A DNA stretch of 64,000 bases, from NCBI GenBank assembly GCA_008369845.1, contig MRSU01010729.1, positions 1 to 64,000 on the forward strand, read 5' to 3'. Source of the stretch: Trichomonas gallinae. Its lineage: Eukaryota. The notes under the pieces are model-generated. The model did no database searches, was not told the DNA's origin, and was given only the letters and a program-made list of their open reading frames with translations. A program made the translations under genes and the position numbers. This document shows, piece by piece, positions 57,501 through 64,000 of this stretch. Each line of letters opens with the position of its first letter. Within the stretch, counting starts at the first letter, position 1.

Positions 57501-60500
57501 CAATGCAATGAGTCTTTCTCTGACTTCAGAAACAAGTTGGTTGAATTCTGAATTTTGCACTGCTAAGTTTTCTTTGCATATTGATAATTGATTCAATTCT
57601 CTGGAGATTTCAACTAAAGCTTGTTGGTATTTTGCAAGATGTGGGCAAATAACATTCGTTTCTGTTGATTGAACATCAGCAACAGTTGCGTTGATTTCGC
57701 TCAACAGTTTCGTTGCGTTTGCTGTAAGATTCTGATTTCCAGAAACTGAATTTACCATGTTTGAATATTCATAAATCTGTGGCAAAGCTTTCTGGAAGTC
57801 TAATAATTGTTTCTGGGCTTCTTTAACAAGTAGACCACTTGTTGGATCAGCTTCAAGATTCTGTTGAATGTTTTTCATCGAATTAATCTTAGCCAAAATC
57901 GCTTGATGTTGTTGTTGAATGAAATTAACTTGATTTGCGTTGAATTTAGCAATGCTTGCTTGAGCTGTTTGCAAAGCAGAAACTGCAAAATCTGTCGATG
58001 ATTTCACAACATTCGAAACAGAATCAGGAGTAATGTTAGCAGTCGAAATATTGCAAAGAGCTTCGTCAATAACCGGATATAATTGCTGTGATGAATCTAT
58101 TAAATTTTTAGAGTCAGGAACAGCAGAAAGTGCTTGTGAATGAACTTGCATGAATTGTTTAAGATCTTCTTTCAGTTGATAAAGTGTATCAACAGAAGCT
58201 GATCTTGCTGCATCGTTCATCGGATTCTTATTCAATGCACTTGTTTGTTTCTTTAAACCATTCAATGAATCTTCGAGTTTGGAAGTAATAACTTGGAGCA
58301 ATTTAAGTAAAACGACATTGTTCTTGAGATTTTCGTTTCCTAAAATAGGCTGATTCTTTGATAAAATGTCTGCGAGTTTGTCTGCTACTTCTTCGACCTT
58401 TGAGTGATTTCCAAGATAAACTTGGTGAGCTTTTGTATTAGAAACAAGTTCTGGCTGCTTATTAACAGACTTAGCGTTTGCAACAAGTTTCTCTGTGTTT
58501 GAAAGAGCTTTCTGCAGCTCTTTTTCCAGTTCTTCCATTTCTTCGATGCGAACATTGAATGATGCATTGTATTTGTTGAATTGGTGAACAAAGTCAGACT
58601 GTTGATGAACGCTGCTGATTTCTGGAAGATATTTTGTGATTTGTGCTGGATCTTGAATGGCTTTGATTTGTGCTGCAATTTGGATAATAGCAGACGAGTT
58701 TGCTCTTAATGTATCAACAAGGTCTTGAGCGTTATAACCCATCTGATTGATTTGATCAGCATGAGATAAAACAATATTGGCCATTTTCTCTTCGCATTGT
58801 GAAACAAAAACCATATTTGATGCAACAGTTTGCGTATAATCGTTTTGAACAAGTTGAGCCTTTTTCTCTTGTGCAGTTTTCTTGATTTCGATAATTTTGA
58901 TGTCGGTTTTCTCGATTTGCTTCGTTGTTACATTAATTGCCGCTTTGATATCTCTGATTAAATGACTCGAAATTTCATGGATATCAACAGCTGATGTTTC
59001 TGCTGTTTGTATAGTTGCGAAAAGGTTTTCAATGTGATTTCTAAGATTCTTAATTCCTTTGTTATCATCATCAAGACCAAAATCAACATCTTTGAGGGAA
59101 TTCTTGATTCTCTCGAATTTGTCAGCAAGTTCGTAAACTGTATTATTTTCTAGATTATCCATTATGTTGCTAAGATCATATGAAACCTTTTCGAAAACAG
59201 ATTTACCTCTTGAATATGACAGTGCCTGAGGATCTGCTCTCCATGTAATATCTTCATCTTGCAAATCATCTTCAATCATTTCTCTGTTTGCGAAATTCTG
59301 AACTTTTAACATCTTCCATTCTTCTAGTGATGATGTATCATCATTCAAAATATCATCATCGATTACGAACCTTCTATCATCACCGATGTTGATTTCGACA
59401 GCAGCAATGTTATCGAGATCAATGAGACCAATTTCGTAGTCACCTACATCTCCATGATTATCGTGGGCACCAAACACAAAGTTTTCAGACTTGAGACCGA
59501 GTTTTTCGACATCAATTGTTTCATCTCTCAAGAGCTCATTATGGCCTTCAACTATAAACTTCTGGCAGTCGAGAATATCATTGATGAAAGACATAATGCT
59601 TCTGTAGTCTTTTGATTCCAAATAAATATCTTCCAAAATTCCTTCTTTATCGTAGAATTGGATGTTACAGCTGTGATTGATCATTGAATAAGCAATGATA
59701 TCTGAATACTTGATGACAAGGAAAACGTAAGAATCAGATTTGCTGATCAAAGTGATACAGTTTGCTGAGACTTTGACAGTGATTTTTGTGTTATTGTATT
59801 GGAATGTGTCAGCACTATCACTTTTGTAAACAGCTTCGTAGATTTCTGGTGAAAAATTATAAATCATTCCAACAATTGCAAGATATTTGTGTATCGCTTC
59901 AAATTGTGTCATCTTCTTATGCATGACAAATTCTTTCTTGAACTGCATTGCAAGCTCTGGTGTCAAAGCTACACTGTTCGGCAAAGTTGTTTTGACTACT
60001 GCGTCACTGACAGAAAATTGTAGTCTTTCAGTTTCTTCTTCTGAATAGCAGTTGCCATATAATTGACAAATTCCAAGTTCTATTATGCAGTTGATTGAAA
60101 ATTCGTGTTTTCCTGTTTTGACTTCTTTGATGAGTTCGTGAAAAACAGGAATGTAGTAATTTGGATCAGACATGAAATTCGCAAGAATGATGAAGAATCT
60201 TCTTTTTACTACAAGATCTATGTAGTACTGTGTTTCTGTTGGAAGTGGATGGAGAAAGTCAAGAGGAATAGTGCCTCTATTTGGATCTAATGAATAAAAA
60301 GTGCAGCCGAATGCTGGGCCAAGACCTAAATACTCGCAAACTGTTCGGACATTTTCTCGAATTGGAACACGAGCTTTGAGTGTTACTATACTGATGTTTC
60401 CATCTTTAGGAGAAACGAAAGCATCGAAAGTATAAGGAACAAGAAAAATGTTTTTGCCTTCTTCTGGATCGATTGTTTGTAAATGTCTGTTCTTTTCTAG

Positions 60501-63500
60501 CCATTTGAACATGTTGTTTTCATCTCGATAAATAATATGATATGGAATCTCTTGCGGAATTGCACACATCAGTAAGCAATATTTGACAGCATCAGGCTCA
60601 TACCAGTCTGGATTGAATTTATATTCAATAGAATTTGGATCATTAACAAACGGAGATATTTTCAAATTAAGCGTTGATTTTGCAACCGATTCAAGAAGTG
60701 GAGCATAAGCTTGTTCCTTCATGAGTTTCTGGACTTTGAGACGCTCATTGTATCTTGGACGAACGCCAATTTGATGCTCATCAATGATTTTTCCAATTTT
60801 GGCAGCATCTGGTGAGTTAAACTCGAGATTTCCTATTTGTCCATCTTCGATAACAGCTTTGATGACAATTGTTGATGAAATCTGTGAATAAGAGACAATG
60901 TGAAGATATGAAACCCTCATAAACACGATTTCAGTATCTTTTTCAATAGCTTGGAGACCAAATGGACCAATAGCAATTATGCAAGCATTTGCAAAGTTAT
61001 CATTTTGAGTGCCAACAGATTTAATGTAAACTGCATCAAAGCATTCACATCCGAATTTTGCAAGATTTCGTGCTGTTGATACATATTTTCTCATAGCTTC
61101 TGCTGATGTCATCTTTGGCGATGAACTCAAAACATCTTTGATCTTTGAAGCCGTATCTGATTCAATTTTAGTTGTCTTTGGCAAAATCTTTTCAACATTA
61201 TCAATGCGAACTTGTTGTGCTTGCTCAAAGGAAGGAGAATCAGCTAAAATGGAATAAACTGCTAGTTCAATAGCTTTGGCATCATTCGTTTTCTCATTTC
61301 TGTTTAGAATATATTTTCTGACTTCCAAGAAAGATCTTCTATCAATGTGTCTGACATCTTCAATTGTAAAAGTGAAAAATCTTCTCTTGAAGAATAAAAA
61401 GTCTAAGAAAAGTGTCTGTTCAACCAATGGTTTTGTGAGATCAAGAGGTTGTAGACCAGTATGTAGAGGCATTATATCTAATGCCTTTGCTTCCATATCC
61501 CAATCTTTGTATATAACATAGCCTGAGAAGAAATGGATGTAGAAATAAGAAGCAATTCTCTGAATAGCTTCATGAATTGGAGCGGTTAAATCTATTGGAA
61601 TCAATTCTTTTTGACCTGTTTCCATACTAATAGGAATTCTTGCAATTTGCGGATAAATATAAAGTTCTGATTTCTCTGATGGATAATTGATACCAAATGG
61701 AAGAGTTAAGTCAACAAATTTGTAAACTCCATTTGCACAAACGATGATCATGATATATATAATTGATGGCTCTAAGTTCAATGAATTAACAATTTTTTGC
61801 AAAACTTCTCCTCCACTTTGCAATGATGAAAATTCCATCTTTTTGCTTTCAGAAATTCCCGATAATAACGCATTAACTCCAATTGAAATCATATAATCTT
61901 TTGACTCAATTTTGTTCTCTTGTCTCATGTTATCAGATAAAATACATAAGTTTGTTCTTGCAATGCTGATGATTTCCTGGATGATATAATAAATATTTTT
62001 CGCTTCTTTTGTGAATGCATAGTAAACTTGTGGATTGAATTCTTCATCACGGAAGCGAATTTCAACTTCATTGAGTCTAGCATTGAATTCAAGAATATCT
62101 GAGAGATTTATTTTAAGATATTGTTGGCCTGTTTCAGCGGAATTTATTATGATTTTATCGATTGCAATATTTAATTGATGTTTTGGCTTTGATTTGGCAT
62201 CATATCCTAAATCACATTTGACATTAAATGTTATCATGGAAAAGTTAGGAAGTGATCTAGCAAATTCTATATAATGTTTTACGCCACCAATTGCATCAAG
62301 CTTTCCATAATCTTGTGTGTAATGATTGAAATGATTTGTGATCTGCGGCTTTGTCATTCCTCTTGGTACCCATTCACTGTCTTTCTTTGGAACTAATTCT
62401 AAAGTTGCCGGATTTCCTGATAAAGCGGGTATTTGGAAGAAACAGAGTTTGATTACAGCATCGTCTTCAATCTTATAAACACCGCGAAGGATTGTTTCTC
62501 TTATCTGAAGGAACAAGAACCACAAAGCTTCGAAAGCAAGATTATCTAAAGAGAAAGAAAAGTGTCTCAGCAAAATCAAAAACGTTTCATCAAGTTTGCA
62601 TTGCTCAGGAATTGAACGATTGATATCGAGATAAGTTAATTTGTTGTTCTTATCAATAGCGAATGTGATACCAGGGAAAATTGGAATTCCAAACATTTCA
62701 GCGAATCCGTTGATGATTTCGCCGACAGTCATTGTGACATCAATTTTAACTGTCTGTAATCTTGAATCTTTGCTGCCAATTGGAATAACTTTAATAACAG
62801 GATTTTTCTCTAATACGATTAAAGTTGAACACCTTTGTGGACGATAAAGCTTAAGTTGCTTATCTTGTGCAATCCATGAATATTCTTTGTCTGGACTCCT
62901 ATAGAGCACGCAATAAGTATTTTCTTTAGGAAGCTTTAGTTGTTGAAGGAAAACTCTTGAAAGTTGTTGTCCTGTGTATTTTAAGTCGACCCAAGCTTTA
63001 GGAAGATCACTTAGATATAATGGATCTTTAGATACAAAGAAGTCACGCATAGGACCATGTAATATTCCCCATTCATCAATGAAGCCACCATTTAATCGTT
63101 TAATTTCTTCTTCAATTGCCTTTCTTCTCATTAATTCTCTGTTGTTGATCAAATCGTTGAGAAGTTTTATATTGTATTCAAGGAGCATCATGATTGTTGC
63201 CATATCTTCCTTGAACATGATTTTGACAATAGCAACATTACCATGATCATCTGAGACGAAAGTCATGATGAGATAATTATTCAAGCATTGAAATTTGATG
63301 ATGAATCTGTAGCCGATCTGAAAAGCAGGTGACATTCCACTTTTTGCAGGAGCAATAACGAAATATAAAGGAGCAAGAATGAAAACAAAATCTTTGTGAA
63401 CTTTGGATTTTCTGCCTGGCGTAATTTCTTTGTATTGACATGGATAAATTTCATAACCAAAGTTGTCTAAAACTCTGATGTTACCAATGAATTTCTTCAA

Positions 63501-64000
63501 TGCGTGTATTTTATCTTTTGGAGGGAAAGTTGCAATTGTTCTTTTGATCTTTTGCACGAACGATTGATCTATTGGGATTTTATCCGGCACAATGCATTTC
63601 AAGTAATCAAAGTTTGTGATGTTTTCTATATCTGACATACTCTGACATTCATGTGCATAGGTATACAAAACGCAGAACTCCAAAAGTTGTGATTCTGAAA
63701 CTGGACACTTTAAATCTTTGATTACTTTCATTGTTTCTATCATTGTCATCGTAGCAACTTCTGGTGTGACAAGAATTTCTCCTGAAAGAATGTAAAATCT
63801 TCTTTTAAGAATGATTTTTTTGTAATATGGAATTTGCTCAGGAATGTTAAAACGAAGATCGAGTGGAGTTACTTCCTTTTGATCATTTTCATACCATAAA
63901 GAATAACCCGAAAGAGCTGGGAATTCTATAGCTTTGAAACAATCAGCTGTCAGATCTTCAACTGTTTTTGTAATGTCGAGTTTAACCGTTTTAACTCTTT
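48594..64000 (-). CDS. Giant talin-like protein (>5,100 aa, 5' end outside window): at least 4 tandem FERM heads, helical rod, I/LWEQ-like C-terminus
   Basis: Frame is open to the window edge (RVKTVKLDITKTVEDL..PLDLRFNIPEQ..LKRRFYI); talin-head-like motifs recur every ~400 aa; about 3,500 aa of amphipathic helices follow. Confidence 0.8.
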   Translation of the reverse strand, partial: RVKTVKLDITKTVEDLTADCFKAIEFPALSGYSLWYENDQKEVTPLDLRFNIPEQIPYYKKIILKRRFYILSGEILVTPEVATMTMIETMKVIKDLKCPVSESQLLEFCVLYTYAHECQSMSDIENITNFDYLKCIVPDKIPIDQSFVQKIKRTIATFPPKDKIHALKKFIGNIRVLDNFGYEIYPCQYKEITPGRKSKVHKDFVFILAPLYFVIAPAKSGMSPAFQIGYRFIIKFQCLNNYLIMTFVSDDHGNVAIVKIMFKEDMATIMMLLEYNIKLLNDLINNRELMRRKAIEEEIKRLNGGFIDEWGILHGPMRDFFVSKDPLYLSDLPKAWVDLKYTGQQLSRVFLQQLKLPKENTYCVLYRSPDKEYSWIAQDKQLKLYRPQRCSTLIVLEKNPVIKVIPIGSKDSRLQTVKIDVTMTVGEIINGFAEMFGIPIFPGITFAIDKNNKLTYLDINRSIPEQCKLDETFLILLRHFSFSLDNLAFEALWFLFLQIRETILRGVYKIEDDAVIKLCFFQIPALSGNPATLELVPKKDSEWVPRGMTKPQITNHFNHYTQDYGKLDAIGGVKHYIEFARSLPNFSMITFNVKCDLGYDAKSKPKHQLNIAIDKIIINSAETGQQYLKINLSDILEFNARLNEVEIRFRDEEFNPQVYYAFTKEAKNIYYIIQEIISIARTNLCILSDNMRQENKIESKDYMISIGVNALLSGISESKKMEFSSLQSGGEVLQKIVNSLNLEPSIIYIMIIVCANGVYKFVDLTLPFGINYPSEKSELYIYPQIARIPISMETGQKELIPIDLTAPIHEAIQRIASYFYIHFFSGYVIYKDWDMEAKALDIMPLHTGLQPLDLTKPLVEQTLFLDFLFFKRRFFTFTIEDVRHIDRRSFLEVRKYILNRNEKTNDAKAIELAVYSILADSPSFEQAQQVRIDNVEKILPKTTKIESDTASKIKDVLSSSPKMTSAEAMRKYVSTARNLAKFGCECFDAVYIKSVGTQNDNFANACIIAIGPFGLQAIEKDTEIVFMRVSYLHIVSYSQISSTIVIKAVIEDGQIGNLEFNSPDAAKIGKIIDEHQIGVRPRYNERLKVQKLMKEQAYAPLLESVAKSTLNLKISPFVNDPNSIEYKFNPDWYEPDAVKYCLLMCAIPQEIPYHIIYRDENNMFKWLEKNRHLQTIDPEEGKNIFLVPYTFDAFVSPKDGNISIVTLKARVPIRENVRTVCEYLGLGPAFGCTFYSLDPNRGTIPLDFLHPLPTETQYYIDLVVKRRFFIILANFMSDPNYYIPVFHELIKEVKTGKHEFSINCIIELGICQLYGNCYSEEETERLQFSVSDAVVKTTLPNSVALTPELAMQFKKEFVMHKKMTQFEAIHKYLAIVGMIYNFSPEIYEAVYKSDSADTFQYNNTKITVKVSANCITLISKSDSYVFLVIKYSDIIAYSMINHSCNIQFYDKEGILEDIYLESKDYRSIMSFINDILDCQKFIVEGHNELLRDETIDVEKLGLKSENFVFGAHDNHGDVGDYEIGLIDLDNIAAVEINIGDDRRFVIDDDILNDDTSSLEEWKMLKVQNFANREMIEDDLQDEDITWRADPQALSYSRGKSVFEKVSYDLSNIMDNLENNTVYELADKFERIKNSLKDVDFGLDDDNKGIKNLRNHIENLFATIQTAETSAVDIHEISSHLIRDIKAAINVTTKQIEKTDIKIIEIKKTAQEKKAQLVQNDYTQTVASNMVFVSQCEEKMANIVLSHADQINQMGYNAQDLVDTLRANSSAIIQIAAQIKAIQDPAQITKYLPEISSVHQQSDFVHQFNKYNASFNVRIEEMEELEKELQKALSNTEKLVANAKSVNKQPELVSNTKAHQVYLGNHSKVEEVADKLADILSKNQPILGNENLKNNVVLLKLLQVITSKLEDSLNGLKKQTSALNKNPMNDAARSASVDTLYQLKEDLKQFMQVHSQALSAVPDSKNLIDSSQQLYPVIDEALCNISTANITPDSVSNVVKSSTDFAVSALQTAQASIAKFNANQVNFIQQQHQAILAKINSMKNIQQNLEADPTSGLLVKEAQKQLLDFQKALPQIYEYSNMVNSVSGNQNLTANATKLLSEINATVADVQSTETNVICPHLAKYQQALVEISRELNQLSICKENLAVQNSEFNQLVSEVRERLIALRETQNNCRKDLKKRPFYQPYIKNATDALDEAKIQVDRIVEIASRLQNLAPESKIGPLTSICAAAIDAAIESFNASGINDFRKPPSKEQVGEIIQDVVKEIQVFSELIKTPEIQSKPKVSEELQKRIQLYNQVGKELEVQFQDPTAEFIPLAEQLKQMNQDIKNLLLGVQAYKQNSSFTTIVEKALSNLDYSLIKTPPNIDLAIKSIDENINPMQSLQSILESLKAKDMVKTDMTALRIINDWSNTLNQGFFEYGQLKQKQKPVESDVIKVKDALLKINNALAQIPTELKPYLNNADYTAFGKIIAAVRNHSSIAVSCVRLLPTIEKFEFDSSPFRDVSTASEVSEIIQEVNKQFNSLAQIITKAQQRKNISDNIEANNTCELLKKLLSELNLAQAQVSTDDKLLINTFIKAKEIMPDCLENASKITGYLNNESFVQAMKTISDNVTKCHMMLTRPHLTTVSAPKIVESIVRNVESVLPAIANLFNLNEVKANNELLKLIQTYQQNATTIARQMPTQNIQTQQQLLDQLNNLTANLLQTLDNVPGALECIDNLEPVYSITNKYTTQQRIPIKVAGHLIPRKPKELDDQTVAAFNLAANHIMAQAIKPDEVAPYLNFLARLQQMQQGVPLSIVNNARAFIPCIKTGKPIYASDAARIIAISSNVPEMREKMLQILALRDCLKASSYSVLFSRALSEIDKIVSAYMSLIPQEAVDIYSHLQSDVDAIDPKILTSIPTFENAITQYQALHNFYDSITTFVNMLSNIPQLKDSTKGLVQVLSEFSPWLKQSDLVMEALVSTCADSIAKNLEDIMQKDELGKIPDSAQTILDQMVPILKNNQRGIAFNNENAELLSNLLTNFNDSCLDIVNKNAPHSQEKDAVNNSFNFLSKLKPVMRIWSTNKETNSPEIIRNEAESSLASILRDLESSLNSSKLKAEQTIALSSADAALASLGKKLSALNTNKAAQVTLQVVSKMKLEVNKQMNSNQIVNLNDFKNMANVAINNSKQIATVSVPKLTVNRVAPANKPIKLDLSMFKEQASALTAQSISKLAMALQASADSSVASIATTSGINNTPIKPVVVNAKEIFALQKERLAQPLSTVTKINSLIDSKPIESKIADIQEVDINSPPTALNDIFKNIIRQNQNFILAQRLTDMQNQQRTVFPDIQSIANTADIHLSDVQSNINLLLNQLNTINNLESLRSTQSELNPNQVILQQSLLSDAAKSVLSSEMQLPGSNLSATMKKLNMQMFESFVVQSTNSNTPPISNPSNVQNYFCRCVTMMNLLAKLQTLNSEILQQNPDIFRFAKTSEGFKALNQNLAAHEITEAQNMITNHIKSLNTPESLSISLKSTSPKSLIHEIRITTNLLEMIADSIGNKIAVDDKISPREISVLSSALLNQFEALKNDQNKSNLSALVELPKSQKIESYLTYSMCKLDLTQKLISIHQQLSASPSASVQVLQLSKDPKQDIVMIAKQVELIDDQDQYSQYLATLSPENIQSQINIINQLLNYVSTTDTTSIDKEFRANNSNIGQIFSKLASQIVEKELDSMFANPDKIQSIDIKQASILQPMQMIDYLNVSASKAMQISSAIQNVRQKLQRPMSPQELQTILNTNPHYSDIISKKIDYVNGVIEFHPESLNNALAELAPVDQSFLLSTLIHSLDSIASFSNTDTVVKNMAMEDKIFDHASLLQRDPKNVTSLQLVDIPANIEKSSNIFTQMSTIDVLANLQRKRVAAIPGIIEASVPQLIERVSEQLTPEKLDQLRVDIFNQLNTTNTEELQAELQATNPDDLVLQQLLIGSSIDSLYNDSVVHSLIEANNQLKSKALNAVSTTDIINEILSQKVDTFAKIPHALTELQLKSDAELATISQDAVEQKERARLSYKLFSTIQNLSLKLPNNNSLKNVNITEQEIPELQQKVRQMIENPIDDANLTDTQSLEKLSCIMQSLADTIKPVTLNERQLATEASKLGMNKIAVSSVAKNPKLIKKLTPKSSEASKIEETKKSKGGKNVTIKKSTVKGKKALDAIVSAACSDAKSVVVKKGNKKSVIIKKSGKKNSAVTKDEYEEVPDFVFTERYIRPISIFDQPINVEAITTAQKSTKIQTPEISQVMKDLVETANNTVQTVSSMANAPIEQAQSTLKNTSEAISEACKKLLETNELVYNPEVEVLVQTLPDFVGSMTRIYPTINKNARTLLPPDPSICIAHTSTIYKNSVNLKDPTNFALYRNSLSELLQTALSVSSALSNEKKDPIAIASNLISAIKSNDIPKANIEIANFKAAKVQAYSNNSSEKLLKQFKHIEDGLAKIAPAVKQICFKPTDPATKNAVSIIASSVPSVVSIISSEAKVPFSVVNEVKTVSQISPIVNDNLSQINSSINSLVQAISTPEKTKASENLVEIVKTTADTQNLLLRGFNLNNSNLSFPAMVDFVGRMDRTINYLNTIVSSKSSATPISLMRSQRRLARVIERMKDTIVNPESSPPAKTKFEQKRNEFMKGISSAMQSMLSTLSLRATTKVDESYVAVMKSQLPTIKNTVKSVQDVASQLINMNKNISADAKFSKNITNLCSKFENLLNTSNKSNNISDLTATLSDLSSIMVETVSSLGDMTEKESDVPDLASNEKLPIQFSIPTTQQETTDINTSDVCSEIMLLNSRFVTDFTDFTNKSLSSKTSNTELCDKVNAMNKQLKQICSRMQSLQGVMINFERKSEIEKSMNEISSIFNCVINNTRMKFLLSCPNYESTTKENQISVDSIFSKLNKSLSTIAKDSEKDEKMKQNFGIKFSQTMTPLNEALDLLISSQNTANALPKGPTKERALQALEVSKKLGESIKSIFVYMQENPSNGLNIDLLSNFANKVTIQLKNVDAHIHDMFAKKGTNDEHIFAAMSPFADLLETYNNTISSEYTSMLDTAVSACCAAAEKLVSTTNASPEPEEIITHKLDIQSLSDEDLMKKLILEAKVIKAKLLLNRYERILDSV

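Noticed and set aside
49705..63246. Numerous short plus-strand ORFs antisense to the giant gene
   Set aside because: Expected antisense shadows from codon bias; no independent motifs
63747..63749. ATG given as the start of the 5051-aa ORF
   Set aside because: The frame remains open and FERM-like to base 63998, so the true start is outside the window

Overview
AT-rich, gene-dense, apparently intron-less eukaryotic DNA. It most resembles a trichomonad (Trichomonas-like parabasalid): TCA(Y)W initiator elements sit just upstream of several ATGs, TAA stops often run into TAAA, and the hypothetical gene families look typical of that group. The organism assignment is an inference. There are about 27 protein-coding loci. 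Recognisable ones are a DYRK kinase, glycogen branching enzyme, an SCP/NIF phosphatase, a GOST-like 7TM protein, an acyltransferase, a degenerate Arf, a BRO1 protein, an RRM/RD-repeat protein, a histidine acid phosphatase, a coiled-coil RING ligase, a Gly-rich protein, a Ste24-like protein lacking HExxH, a sirtuin, a C2/XYPPX protein and two paralogous kinases. There are also two pseudogenes: an NSF D2 fragment and a beta-helix-like protein. The most striking item is a >5,100-aa ORF running off the right edge that reads as a talin with at least four tandem ~400-aa FERM heads, a long helical rod and an I/LWEQ-like end. Second is an oriented, roughly 10-bp-phased upstream motif (TGHCRYGTAAA) clustered before several genes. 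No rRNA, tRNA, CRISPR or intact transposon was recognised. All family calls are by-eye motif recognition, not database searches.
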